From: a virus
Lineage: Duplodnaviria; Caudoviricetes
DNA: 61,117 nucleotides
IMG/VR virus record: IMGVR_UViG_3300030330_002046
Coordinates: 1 to 61,117 of that record
Strand: one strand, 5' to 3'
A program made the position numbers and the translations under genes. This document shows positions 1 through 9,142 of the stretch, one piece after another (position 1 is the first letter of the stretch; every line of letters starts with the position of its first letter). A model generated the notes under the pieces. It did not search any database and was not told where the DNA came from. It worked only from the letters and a program-made list of their open reading frames with translations.

Positions 1-92
1 GACAAGTACCCTTTAGTTATCAAAGGTCTGCCTTACATGGTGGATAAGAAAGGTGTAGGTCACAATGTTGAGGTTGATGTGTTCAAGGTAAG
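1..92. repeat. 92-nt terminal direct repeat (1-92 = 61026-61117); circular assembly overlap
   Basis: gacaagtaccc...ttcaaggtaag is identical at both ends, and one ORF reads in frame across the join. Confidence 0.95.
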
Positions 93-516
93 TAATGCTT
101 CATTCAAGTCCATTGACCGACTTGAAGGTCATCCAAAATGGTATAGAAGAAAAGAAATACCTATAAAACTAAAGAGTGGTAAAGAACTTACTTGTTGGTT
201 GTATTTCAATCCTCAAGAAGTTACGGAGCATACTGAGATGCACGAGAGTTATAGACAAGACTATCGTCTTAAGTATGGCTTACCATCATCGAATACTTAC
301 ACGAAGATAGAGCCAACGTGTACTCAGTATAATATGTGGGACGTGCCTTTAGATACTTTCCGGGACGATGAAGTTGCAGACGAGCAAGAAGAAACACACG
401 AGTGTGGGTTTTGCTTTCAAGAGTTGCAACACGATGAAACAATAGACCAATACCATTGCAGTGGTTGTGGGGATTGGTACACTAAAAACGAAGTGAAAAG
501 ATTCAACATCTTTTAG
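1..516 (+). CDS. C-terminal part of the GATase-II/gamma-glutamylcyclotransferase fusion (starts at 60441), ending in a Cys4 zinc ribbon
   Basis: Frame 1 is open from base 1; GGCT motif IDRLEGHPKWYRR; C-terminal CGFC...CSGC. Confidence 0.85.
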   Translation, partial: DKYPLVIKGLPYMVDKKGVGHNVEVDVFKVSNASFKSIDRLEGHPKWYRRKEIPIKLKSGKELTCWLYFNPQEVTEHTEMHESYRQDYRLKYGLPSSNTYTKIEPTCTQYNMWDVPLDTFRDDEVADEQEETHECGFCFQELQHDETIDQYHCSGCGDWYTKNEVKRFNIF

Positions 517-712
517 ACTCCCTATTTGAAATCTCCGATGTCTTGGGGATTGAGGGGTTACTTGCTACCGGTTAATTTAGGTGGGAGTCGGGGTTTAAAA
601 TTTAGCCCAATCATAGCCCTAAAAAGTAATCAAAGACATTGTAGGATTGGGGTTAAGTAAGTTTTTAAAATGATTTAATTACTTAACGCACATTTGCACC
701 TACTCTTATAAT

Positions 713-746
713 AAGGTAGTCCGTTCAAACGGACTGCCTTTTTTTT
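713..746 (+). terminator. Intrinsic terminator built on the 16-bp palindrome
   Basis: aaggtagtccgtt-ca-aacggactgcctt followed by a T run. Confidence 0.85.
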
Positions 747-757
747 ATGCCTAATAA

Positions 758-789
758 TTTGGTTGTAAACTAAAAATAAACTATATTTG
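758..789 (+). promoter_or_regulatory. Bacteroidota sigma70-type promoter
   Basis: TTTG at 758-761 and TATATTTG (TAnnTTTG) at 782-789, upstream of ATG 818. Confidence 0.75.
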
Positions 790-817
790 TACTATTAATT
801 AACTAAAATAAAACACA

Positions 818-1057
818 ATGGCAACACTATTAAAATCAGACGGCTCTGAATCAGAGTACAAAGACATCACATTATCAGGAATGCAAAAGGCAGTTGGTGG
901 CTACATCGAACTTGTTCATCTACCAAAAGGCAAGATGCTCGTGGTAAACGAAGATGGTTTAAACTTAAAGTTACCTTACAATCCGAGAGCGTCCCAATTA
1001 TCACAGAGACATTTAGTTGGGGACATATTATTAATGAATCAAAACGAGATAGACTAA
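818..1057 (+). CDS. DUF3846-like protein
   Basis: MQKAVGGYIELV...VVNEDGL..KLPYNPRAS...LVGD pattern. Confidence 0.7.
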   Translation: MATLLKSDGSESEYKDITLSGMQKAVGGYIELVHLPKGKMLVVNEDGLNLKLPYNPRASQLSQRHLVGDILLMNQNEID

Positions 1058-1200
1058 TGAATATAACTATAATAGCAGTGCTTTTACCTTTGTGTATCAT
1101 AGCACTATACGTTGCTTACCAAATGGTAAAGTATAATCCAAACAATCCTAACACTACAATACCTTTAGAAGATGAAGAAGATAACAGACTTGATGATTAA
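1057..1200 (+). CDS. Small membrane protein (47 aa; not in ORF track)
   Basis: TAATG coupling; MNITIIAVLLPLCIIALYVAYQMV hydrophobic helix then acidic tail. Confidence 0.55.
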   Translation: MNITIIAVLLPLCIIALYVAYQMVKYNPNNPNTTIPLEDEEDNRLDD

Positions 1201-1516
1201 AGATATTAATGCTGAGAAAGTTGCAAAACATTCTGACAGACATTACATTCAAGATTGTCAAAAGATATTAGACAATTTAGAAAACCTCGATAAGAAAACA
1301 TTTATAAACACCGGTAGAATTATGACTGCCGGACATTTACGAGATAGGTATCCGGATAAAGATTTACAAGAGGGTACTCGTTCCGTATGCAGATACTTGG
1401 GTGGCTTTTGTATAGAGTTTATAAACGAGCGAGATTTTTATTGGGATGGAAATAAAAGCCAAGACATCCGGGAAGTAGAAGATAAACTATTTAATCATAT
1501 TAAAAATTTAATTTAA
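1172..1516 (+). CDS. Hypothetical protein
   Basis: 114-aa ORF in operon orientation. Confidence 0.7.
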   Translation: MKKITDLMIKDINAEKVAKHSDRHYIQDCQKILDNLENLDKKTFINTGRIMTAGHLRDRYPDKDLQEGTRSVCRYLGGFCIEFINERDFYWDGNKSQDIREVEDKLFNHIKNLI

Positions 1517-1521
1517 GAAAA

Positions 1522-1821
1522 ATGAAAAGAGAAGTTTTTGAAAAGTACAGTGTTGAAATCGCTGAGCTATTTAGAATGGACAGAGAAGATATGTTCAAGA
1601 AATCTAAGAAAAGAGAAATTGTAGATGCAAGACATCTGCTATACTACTTATGTGCTACAAGACCAATGAGATTAAAATACATATCAACATTTATGAAAGA
1701 AAATGGATACGATATATCTCATTCATCAATCATTCATGGAATAAAATGTGTTGAAGATAAAGTGCAATCAGATAAAGACTATACTAAAATAATTAAAAAC
1801 CTAAACCTATGCGTACTTTAA
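1522..1821 (+). CDS. DnaA domain IV-like HTH DNA-binding protein
   Basis: KSKKREIVDARHLLYYLC...DISHSSIIHGIKCVE resembles Bac_DnaA_C (R.R.I..AR..AMYL...RDHTTVIH). Confidence 0.7.
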   Translation: MKREVFEKYSVEIAELFRMDREDMFKKSKKREIVDARHLLYYLCATRPMRLKYISTFMKENGYDISHSSIIHGIKCVEDKVQSDKDYTKIIKNLNLCVL

Positions 1822-2216
1822 ACGATGTATTTAATGAAGCTAAAGAGGATACGTTCTGTGCTACATTGGATACCAAATATGTTGAGGCACGCTTAGTCTT
1901 TGGAGTAAAGATAGTAAGAGATAGAGAGACCGGAGTAGTGGAGATATTCAACACTCAAAAAGGAGGGGATTTTTATCAGGAAATAGATATAGATGAGTAC
2001 GATTATTTCTTAGAAAAAAGTTGGAGGTTTGGGGTTTATAGAGTATCTTTGTCTAACTATAGTAGAAAACTTATTAACATTGAAGCATCTATAAAAGATG
2101 TTATTAATGATAAGCAAAACAAAAAACAATTAGACTCCTTACAATCAAGGAGGTTAAACATAATGAATCGTTACACTAAAATTACATCTAAATTAAATTT
2201 ATTACACAATGAGTAA
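1809..2216 (+). CDS. Hypothetical protein
   Basis: 135-aa ORF overlapping both neighbours. Confidence 0.7.
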   Translation: MRTLNDVFNEAKEDTFCATLDTKYVEARLVFGVKIVRDRETGVVEIFNTQKGGDFYQEIDIDEYDYFLEKSWRFGVYRVSLSNYSRKLINIEASIKDVINDKQNKKQLDSLQSRRLNIMNRYTKITSKLNLLHNE

Positions 2217-2796
2217 AAACAATTACACTACGTTAGCGTCCATATCTGTTAAAGATAAAGTTGAACGCAAAGGAAACTTCGATTATTTATCTTGGGCTAA
2301 TGCTTGGCATATGCTTAAGACAATCCATCCAAAAGCTCAAAGAGTTGTATACGAGTCCGTTCAAACGGAATTAAATTACTTCTCAGATGGCAGTACTGCA
2401 TATGTAAAGGTCGGTATTATCATAGATGATGTTGAGCATATTGATTACCTACCGGTAATGGATTACAGAAACAATTCTATACCATTAGAGAAGATTACAT
2501 CAATGGATGTGAATACTGCTATCCAAAGGTCTACTGCTAAGGCTATTGCGATGCACGGGTTAGGTCTATCTCTATGGACGGGTGAGGATGTACCACAGAT
2601 GGTTACAAAGAAGCCTACACCTAAGACAAAAGCCACAACGAAGATTAGTCTTGATATAGGTGATGAGAATTGGGCTAAGGTTATGAAATACATTGGTGCT
2701 AACAAGCAGTTAGGTCTGACTCAGATAGTTAAGAATCTTGAAACCAAATACAAGATGAAGGCTACTGTTAAGAAAGAGATTGAAAAAGCAATGTAA
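2209..2796 (+). CDS. Sak3/DUF1071-like single-strand annealing protein (Rad52 superfamily)
   Basis: YLSWANAW, LPVMDYRN, AKAIAMHGLGL motifs; next to an exonuclease. Confidence 0.8.
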   Translation: MSKNNYTTLASISVKDKVERKGNFDYLSWANAWHMLKTIHPKAQRVVYESVQTELNYFSDGSTAYVKVGIIIDDVEHIDYLPVMDYRNNSIPLEKITSMDVNTAIQRSTAKAIAMHGLGLSLWTGEDVPQMVTKKPTPKTKATTKISLDIGDENWAKVMKYIGANKQLGLTQIVKNLETKYKMKATVKKEIEKAM

Positions 2797-2797
2797 G

Positions 2798-3532
2798 ATG
2801 AAAGACGTAATCGAAAGACTTAAAGATGATGCTGAATATTATGGAGGGATAGGTAAAAACTATCTCTCTAATTCAGATATTGGTGCATTATTAAACAATC
2901 CAAAAGAGTTTGGGGTTACACGTAAAGACAATCAAAACTTTGCTAAAGGTAGATTGTTTCATCAGTTGATACTTGAGCCTGAAAAAGCTAAGGATGTTGT
3001 AACATTAGATGTAGCCTCAAGAAACACAAAGAAGTATAAGGACTTTGTTGCTGACAACGAGTTAGATTTTTGTCTACTTGATAAAGAGGTTGTAGAAATA
3101 AAGTCTTGGGTTGAGGCTATAAATTCTAACATGGATATGTTTGATATGATTTACGATGAGACTAACGAATATGAGGTCCCAAGCGTAAAAGAAATAAAGG
3201 GTATGATGTGGAAAGGTAAAGCAGACATTGTAGCTTCTGATTGCTTGATAGATTTAAAAACTACCGGTGACATAAAGAAGTTTGGTAAGTCAGCTTATCT
3301 TTATAACTACGATAGCCAAGCATATATTTACCAAGAGTTGTTTGGTAAGCCCTTAATATTTATCGCTATAGATAAGACGACAAAGATGCTTGGAATATTC
3401 AGACCGACTGAGGAGTTTATCAGAAGGGGTGAAGGCAAGGTAGAAAAAGCAATAGAGGTTTATAATAAATTCTTTTCTGAAGATGCTGAGCTTACTATTG
3501 ATGACTACTATATTGATATGTACATTGATTAG
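2798..3532 (+). CDS. PD-(D/E)xK exonuclease (RecE/exonuclease VIII, DUF3799-like)
   Basis: LSNSDI, GRLFHQLILEPE, KGKAD...IDLKTT, YDSQAYIY; ATG 2798 preferred over TTG 2780. Confidence 0.8.
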   Translation: MKDVIERLKDDAEYYGGIGKNYLSNSDIGALLNNPKEFGVTRKDNQNFAKGRLFHQLILEPEKAKDVVTLDVASRNTKKYKDFVADNELDFCLLDKEVVEIKSWVEAINSNMDMFDMIYDETNEYEVPSVKEIKGMMWKGKADIVASDCLIDLKTTGDIKKFGKSAYLYNYDSQAYIYQELFGKPLIFIAIDKTTKMLGIFRPTEEFIRRGEGKVEKAIEVYNKFFSEDAELTIDDYYIDMYID

Positions 3533-3621
3533 TCCGTTTGAACGGACACACACAGATGGCTTTTGTAGATGTTCCCTCAGTCTACATTAGCCTTTATAAA
3601 GAGGGATAAATATTTTTTATT

Positions 3622-3885
3622 ATGGCAAAAGAGAAAATCTTTGCAGACGGTTTCTCGTTCTCAACGAGAGAAAACCAACCTGACTTTGTAGTCGGTAGAG
3701 TATCAGTTAAAGTAGAGGATGCTATTCCATTCCTTAAAAAACACGCATCTGAAAAAGGATGGGTGAACCTAAACGTCTTGGTAGGTAGAAGTGGAAATCC
3801 TTACGTTGAGCTTGATACTTTTAAACCAAAGTCAAACACAACAGAAAAGGTTACGGAAACGGTAGAAGAAGATTTACCATTCTAA
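3622..3885 (+). CDS. Putative single-stranded DNA-binding protein
   Basis: Short beta-rich protein with acidic tail EEDLPF, following the SSAP and exonuclease genes. Confidence 0.6.
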   Translation: MAKEKIFADGFSFSTRENQPDFVVGRVSVKVEDAIPFLKKHASEKGWVNLNVLVGRSGNPYVELDTFKPKSNTTEKVTETVEEDLPF

Positions 3886-3891
3886 AACTAC

Positions 3892-3922
3892 AAAGGGGAG
3901 CGTAAAAGCTCCTCTTTTTTTT
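3892..3922 (+). terminator. Intrinsic terminator
   Basis: aaaggggagc-gtaaaa-gctcctcttt followed by a T run. Confidence 0.8.
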
Positions 3923-4080
3923 ATGTTGAAATGACGAAAAGTATAGCTCTATACTCTCTATATATATTTTACTTGTATATATTTTTTTTATTCTCTATAT
4001 TTGAATAATAAAATTAACATTTTCATCAATACTACTGAGTATGAGGATGTTAAGAAAAATTAAATAACATTAAATCAACA
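3923..4080. repeat. AT-rich element homologous to 54441-54600; candidate replication origin
   Basis: Same ordered blocks in both copies: atgtt..aatgacg, (ta)n, ataaaat.aacatt, tactga, aacattaaa.caaca. Confidence 0.55.
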
Positions 4081-4082
4081 CA

Positions 4083-6470
4083 ATGGCAACAAAAAACGTC
4101 ACGATATTTAAGAATATCAAGGAAACCTCGACTCCATTCCATAGAGAAGTTGGTGTGGTGCTAGAGAGAATCAAGGAAGGTTCTTCCAAAGAATTAGTAA
4201 AGAACATACGGCAAGAGAAGGATAAATCTTCTCGTAATGAACTGAAGAAAATGCTACCGGCTATATGTTTTTCAGGTGTATTTTCTAAGAGAAACGATAA
4301 CTCTATCAATGAGCATAGTGGAATAATATGCTTGGACTTTGATGGTTATCCTAATAAAAAAGAACTATTAGCAGATAAAGAAAGATTAACTAAGGACAAG
4401 TTTGTATACTCAGTTTTTATTAGTCCATCAGGTAATGGTTTAAAAGCATTGGTTAAGATACCACAAGATATTGATAACCATGTAAACTATTTTAACTCTC
4501 TCGATAATCATTTCAATTCAGAATACTTTGATAAGACTTGTAAGAATATAAGTAGAGTGTGTTATGAATCTTACGACCCTTTAATTTATATCAATGAGAA
4601 CTCATCTATATGGGACACAATAGAGGACATTGAATACAGAGAGGTATCTGTTTACAGAGACGCTCCAACCATACCAATAACAGATGAGAATAAGATTGTA
4701 GACATTCTTGTTACTTGGTGGACAAAGAAATACCCAATGTCTGAAGGTCAGCGTAATCAAAATACTTTTATTTTAGCTATGGCTTTTAATGATTATGGGA
4801 TAAATAAAAGTTTAGCGTCATATGTTTTAAATAATTATGCTACAAGAGATTTTCCGGTAAGTGAGATTACAAGAACTATTGATAGTGCTTATGCTAATAC
4901 TCAGAACTTTGGAACGAAGTATTATGAAGATGATGAGAGAGTAAATAATATCAAAGCAAAGTTAAGGAGAGGTGTAACAAAAAAAGAGATTCGTCATCAA
5001 TTAGCAGAGTCCAATTTAGATGGCGATACAATAGAGGCTGTTCTAACAAAAGTATCAGAGGAGAACTCTCTTAAACAATTTTGGACTAAGAATGATAAAG
5101 GTGCTATTAAAATCGTTCACATATTATTTAAGCATTTCTTAGAGGATAATGGATTCTATAAATACTGTCCGGAGGGTAGTAAGAATTACGTGTTTGTAAA
5201 GGTAACTAATAACCTTATAGACCATACATCAGAGAAAGAGATTAAGGACTTTATATTGGGTCATCTAATTGAACTCGATGACTCTACTATCTATAATTAC
5301 TTTGCAGATAATACAAGGTTATTTAGAGAGGAATTTTTAACTCTGTTAGCAACAATAGATATATACTTTATTGAGGACACAAAGGATAGTGCTTATCTAT
5401 ACTACAGAAACTGTGCAGTACACATAACAAAGGACACGATAAAAACTATTGATTACTTAGACTTGGGTGGTTATGTTTGGAAAGACCACGTGATAGATAG
5501 GAACTTTGATATATGCGATGTTGTAGATTGTGATTACAAGACATTCATAAACAACATTTGTGGTGGTGAAGATAAGAGAGTAAAATCAATGGAAAGCACA
5601 ATTGGTTTTATGCTTCACGCTCACAAAAATTTATCATACTGCCCGGCAATAATACTAAACGATGAGGTTATATCAGATAATCCTGAGGGTGGAACGGGTA
5701 AAGGTTTGTTTATGAATGCTCTATCTAAAATGAAAAAGGTTGTGACAATTGACGGAAAGTCTTTTACATTTGAGCGTTCGTTTGCGTACCAACTTGTATC
5801 AGCAGATACTCAGATACTTGTGTTCGATGACGTTAAAAAGAATTTTGATTTTGAAAGATTGTTTAGCGTTGTAACAGAGGGTCTTACTCTTGAGAAGAAG
5901 AATAAGGATGCTATCAAGATACCATTCTCTAAGTCACCTAAGATTGCAATTACAACTAACTATGCCATAAAGGGTGCAGGTAATTCATTTGCACGTAGAA
6001 AGTGGGAGTTAGAACTGCATCAGCATTACAACAAAAACTTTACTCCATTGGATGAGTTTGGTAAATTAATGTTCGGTGATTGGAGTGATAGAGATTGGTG
6101 TAGCTTTGACAACTATATGATTGGGTGTCTTCAAAAATATTTAGCAGAAGGACTTAAGCAAAGTCAATTTGTTAACTTAAAGATTAGACAACTATCAGCA
6201 GAGACTTGTCACGACTTCATCGAATGGTGTGGGCTAATAGACGGCTCATCGTCAAATGAAAAATTAATATCAAATTCAAGATTAAATAGTCAACAACTTT
6301 ACTATGACTTCATTGAAGAGTACCCGGACTATGGACCAAAAGCAAAGATGACTATATCAAGAACAAGATTCTATAAGTGGTTAAATTCATATGCTTTATA
6401 TAAGACCGGTGTTCAGCCTGAGGTTGGTAGAGATATAAACGGAAAATACATAACAATCAAAACACAATAA
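4083..6470 (+). CDS. Primase-helicase (VirE_N/BT4734-like N-terminus, PriCT, P-loop)
   Basis: LPAICFSG, GIICLDFD, FISPSGNGLK, EGQRN, Walker A GGTGKG, Walker B ILVFDD. Confidence 0.85.
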   Translation: MATKNVTIFKNIKETSTPFHREVGVVLERIKEGSSKELVKNIRQEKDKSSRNELKKMLPAICFSGVFSKRNDNSINEHSGIICLDFDGYPNKKELLADKERLTKDKFVYSVFISPSGNGLKALVKIPQDIDNHVNYFNSLDNHFNSEYFDKTCKNISRVCYESYDPLIYINENSSIWDTIEDIEYREVSVYRDAPTIPITDENKIVDILVTWWTKKYPMSEGQRNQNTFILAMAFNDYGINKSLASYVLNNYATRDFPVSEITRTIDSAYANTQNFGTKYYEDDERVNNIKAKLRRGVTKKEIRHQLAESNLDGDTIEAVLTKVSEENSLKQFWTKNDKGAIKIVHILFKHFLEDNGFYKYCPEGSKNYVFVKVTNNLIDHTSEKEIKDFILGHLIELDDSTIYNYFADNTRLFREEFLTLLATIDIYFIEDTKDSAYLYYRNCAVHITKDTIKTIDYLDLGGYVWKDHVIDRNFDICDVVDCDYKTFINNICGGEDKRVKSMESTIGFMLHAHKNLSYCPAIILNDEVISDNPEGGTGKGLFMNALSKMKKVVTIDGKSFTFERSFAYQLVSADTQILVFDDVKKNFDFERLFSVVTEGLTLEKKNKDAIKIPFSKSPKIAITTNYAIKGAGNSFARRKWELELHQHYNKNFTPLDEFGKLMFGDWSDRDWCSFDNYMIGCLQKYLAEGLKQSQFVNLKIRQLSAETCHDFIEWCGLIDGSSSNEKLISNSRLNSQQLYYDFIEEYPDYGPKAKMTISRTRFYKWLNSYALYKTGVQPEVGRDINGKYITIKTQ

Positions 6471-6471
6471 A

Positions 6472-7716
6472 ATGGCAAACAAAATAGAGTGGAGAGATTA
6501 TCAATCAGATATAATTCACAAGGCTACAACTATAATCAACAAGAGTAAGTTTGTTTACCTTGCTATGGAGGTGAGAACAGGTAAGACTCTTACGAGTTTA
6601 GGTATAGCAGAAAAGTTAGGGGTAGAGAATGTTCTATTCCTAACTAAAAAGAAAGCTATACAATCTATTAGTGATGACTATGACTTACTTTGCCCGGTAA
6701 GATTCTCTTTGTTTACAATCAACTATGAGTCAATACACAAAGCACCTAACTTAAAGTGGGACTTAATCATATGTGATGAGGCTCACGGAATGGGTGCTTT
6801 CCCTAAGCCAAGTAAAAGAGCGAAGGATGTTAGAGACTTAGTTAGGAAATGTAAACCAAAAGTTATACTGCTGTCAGGTACGCCTACGCCTGAATCTTAT
6901 AGTCAAATGTATCATCAAGTATTCTCTATACCAACTAATCCATTTGCTCAGTTTAAAAACTTTTACAGATTCTGTGATAGATATGTAAAGGTAAAAGAAC
7001 GTAAGATAAATGGTCTAATGATAAAAGATTATAGTAATGGTAAGCAATCTATATTAGATGCTATGAAGCCATACACTATAAGTCTTACTCAAAAGGAGGC
7101 AGGCTTTGTTACTGAAACTAAAGAGAATGTTTTAGAGGTTGAGCTAGAACCAAACACTTTAGATATAGCTAAGACTCTTAAAAAAGATTTAGTGGTTCAA
7201 GGTAATACAGAGGTTATACTTGCTGATACTCCCGTAAAGCTAATGATGAAACTACATCAGATATACTCCGGAACAGTAAAGTTTGAGAGTGGTAATTCTA
7301 TGGTGCTTGATTACTCAAAAGCTAAGTTTATAAAAGAACATTTTTATGGCAAGAAAATTGGAATATTTTATAAGTTTAAAGAAGAACTTAACGCTTTGAA
7401 AAAAGTTTTTGGTGATGATTTAGTTACAGAACTTAGTCCGTTTGAACGGACTAATAAAAACATAGCTCTTCAGATTGTGTCAGGTCGTGAAGGTATATCT
7501 CTTAAACAAGCTGACTGCTTAGTATATTATAATATAGATTTTAGTGCTACAAGTTATTGGCAATCAAAGGATAGGATGACTACTAAGTCAAGACTTAAGA
7601 ATAAAGTTTATTGGATATTCTCTAAAGGTGGAATTGAAAAAGACATATACAAGGCTGTCACAAAGAAGAAAGACTATACATTAAAACACTTCAAAAGAGA
7701 TTTACTATCTTTATAA
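6472..7716 (+). CDS. Superfamily 2 (SNF2-like) helicase
   Basis: RTGKT, DEAH, LSGTP, GREGISL, QSKDR motifs. Confidence 0.9.
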   Translation: MANKIEWRDYQSDIIHKATTIINKSKFVYLAMEVRTGKTLTSLGIAEKLGVENVLFLTKKKAIQSISDDYDLLCPVRFSLFTINYESIHKAPNLKWDLIICDEAHGMGAFPKPSKRAKDVRDLVRKCKPKVILLSGTPTPESYSQMYHQVFSIPTNPFAQFKNFYRFCDRYVKVKERKINGLMIKDYSNGKQSILDAMKPYTISLTQKEAGFVTETKENVLEVELEPNTLDIAKTLKKDLVVQGNTEVILADTPVKLMMKLHQIYSGTVKFESGNSMVLDYSKAKFIKEHFYGKKIGIFYKFKEELNALKKVFGDDLVTELSPFERTNKNIALQIVSGREGISLKQADCLVYYNIDFSATSYWQSKDRMTTKSRLKNKVYWIFSKGGIEKDIYKAVTKKKDYTLKHFKRDLLSL

Positions 7717-7735
7717 TAATATAAAAACAAGATTT

Positions 7736-7894
7736 ATGAAATGTACTGAATGTTCAAAAGATTTAATATGGGGAGGAGACCACACGTACGAAGATTACGG
7801 ATTAGAGGGTAATGGAATTGTAACTAATTGCTCGTGTCCTAATGAAGACTGTGATGTGGAACAAGTATTAATTTACAAAACCATTAATGACTGA
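7736..7894 (+). CDS. Small Cys-rich (zinc-finger-like) protein, 52 aa; not in ORF track
   Basis: MKCTECSKDLIWGGDH...NCSCPNEDC; fills the gap between helicase and VRR-NUC. Confidence 0.65.
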   Translation: MKCTECSKDLIWGGDHTYEDYGLEGNGIVTNCSCPNEDCDVEQVLIYKTIND

Positions 7895-8129
7895 GCAACA
7901 GATACAAGCCAAAAGAATAAAGCAGTTAGAGGCTGATGGTTACTACGTTATAAAGCTTGTTAAGACAAACAAGAATGGTATACCTGACTTGGTAGCCTTC
8001 AAGCCTGATGCTGAAATTCTATTTAGTGAAATAAAAAAACCTAATGGAAAATTATCTAAGCTACAAGAGTATAGACTAAAAGAACTAAAAAGTTATGGAT
8101 TCAAAACAGAAGTCTACAAAGGAGATTGA
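7887..8129 (+). CDS. VRR-NUC domain nuclease
   Basis: EQQIQ...GIPDL...FSEIKKPNGKLSKLQ. Confidence 0.85.
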   Translation: MTEQQIQAKRIKQLEADGYYVIKLVKTNKNGIPDLVAFKPDAEILFSEIKKPNGKLSKLQEYRLKELKSYGFKTEVYKGD

Positions 8130-8457
8130 AACTCTAAAGTTTGACATGGAATTTTTAGAAGAGATTTCTGAATATGATGACGATGTTCAAGAGGTTGTTT
8201 TAAAAACTTTACTTGAAGAAGAAGAAGACCTACCTGAGAAAAATGGATTTACTCAAAAGGTTTACGGTGTAATACAAGGAGAAGAGCCAATGTATTACGA
8301 GGTAGAATACTTCAAGCAAGAAGAAGAGAAAGCAATATACTTAGAATTTAAAGTAGTAGATGTTGATATTTTTTTAGATGGTGTTATAAATAAAACTACA
8401 TTCAAATTAAATAAATGTAATGGAAACAAAAAAAGAAAAACAAGAAAGACTGATTAA
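8095..8457 (+). CDS. Acidic hypothetical protein
   Basis: 120-aa ORF with a strongly Glu/Asp-rich core. Confidence 0.65.
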   Translation: MDSKQKSTKEIETLKFDMEFLEEISEYDDDVQEVVLKTLLEEEEDLPEKNGFTQKVYGVIQGEEPMYYEVEYFKQEEEKAIYLEFKVVDVDIFLDGVINKTTFKLNKCNGNKKRKTRKTD

Positions 8458-8935
8458 GATTATAAATAGTGTATTTGATTTAGATATAAAAAGAAATAAA
8501 AAGTCTGAGATGTATGTGTTAGCTAGAGCATCATACTGCAAGATTTTAAGAGATTTAAATTATCAATACATGGATATAGGAAATAGAATCAATAAACATC
8601 ACGCTAGTATTATCCACTCTTACAGAAACTTTTCACACTACAAACAATTCTTTCCTTCATTCATAAATTTACATAATAAAGTGTTAGCTGAGTTTGGAAG
8701 TAGAGAGGCAAAAGAGTATATGGAATCATTAGAAAAGCTTAAAGAAGAGAATGAAGCTTTGAAATCTCGTATAAAAGAATTACATTCGCACAACGCACGT
8801 CTTTCGTATCAGCTTGAAAACAAGCATTCAAAGAATAATACTCTTCATAATATGATAGACGAAAGGGTAAGACCTAACACGTTAAAAGAAGTTGAAATTA
8901 AATTAAATAGATTATTAAATGGAGTAGGCTCATAA
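8420..8935 (+). CDS. DnaA domain IV-like HTH protein with coiled coil
   Basis: YVLARASYCKILR...YMDIGNRINKHHASIIHS, then heptad repeats. Confidence 0.6.
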   Translation: METKKEKQERLIKIINSVFDLDIKRNKKSEMYVLARASYCKILRDLNYQYMDIGNRINKHHASIIHSYRNFSHYKQFFPSFINLHNKVLAEFGSREAKEYMESLEKLKEENEALKSRIKELHSHNARLSYQLENKHSKNNTLHNMIDERVRPNTLKEVEIKLNRLLNGVGS

Positions 8936-8950
8936 GACTCACCGATAAAA

Positions 8951-9142
8951 ATGTCCTGTAAAAAACCAAATGATTTTCAAAGATTGAATTACATCAATAA
9001 AATGATGGACGGTTTACACGACTCTCTAAACGACATATATGAATCTTTAGTTGACAAGGAATATTCTACAACAAGAAAGAATATATCAACATTGAAATCT
9101 AAGTTAGAAGATGTGTCTAAAACAATAGAAGATGAAGTCTGA
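8951..9142 (+). CDS. Hypothetical protein
   Basis: 63-aa helical ORF in operon orientation. Confidence 0.6.
   Translation: MSCKKPNDFQRLNYINKMMDGLHDSLNDIYESLVDKEYSTTRKNISTLKSKLEDVSKTIEDEV

Noticed and set aside
37-516. Independent 159-aa gene starting at ATG 37
   Set aside because: The frame is open upstream across the join, and the GGCT N-terminal motif lies near 60940
516-712. tRNA, twister, pistol or HDV-like ribozyme in this region or in 10106-10321
   Set aside because: I could not place the required consensus nucleotides; left as unclassified structure
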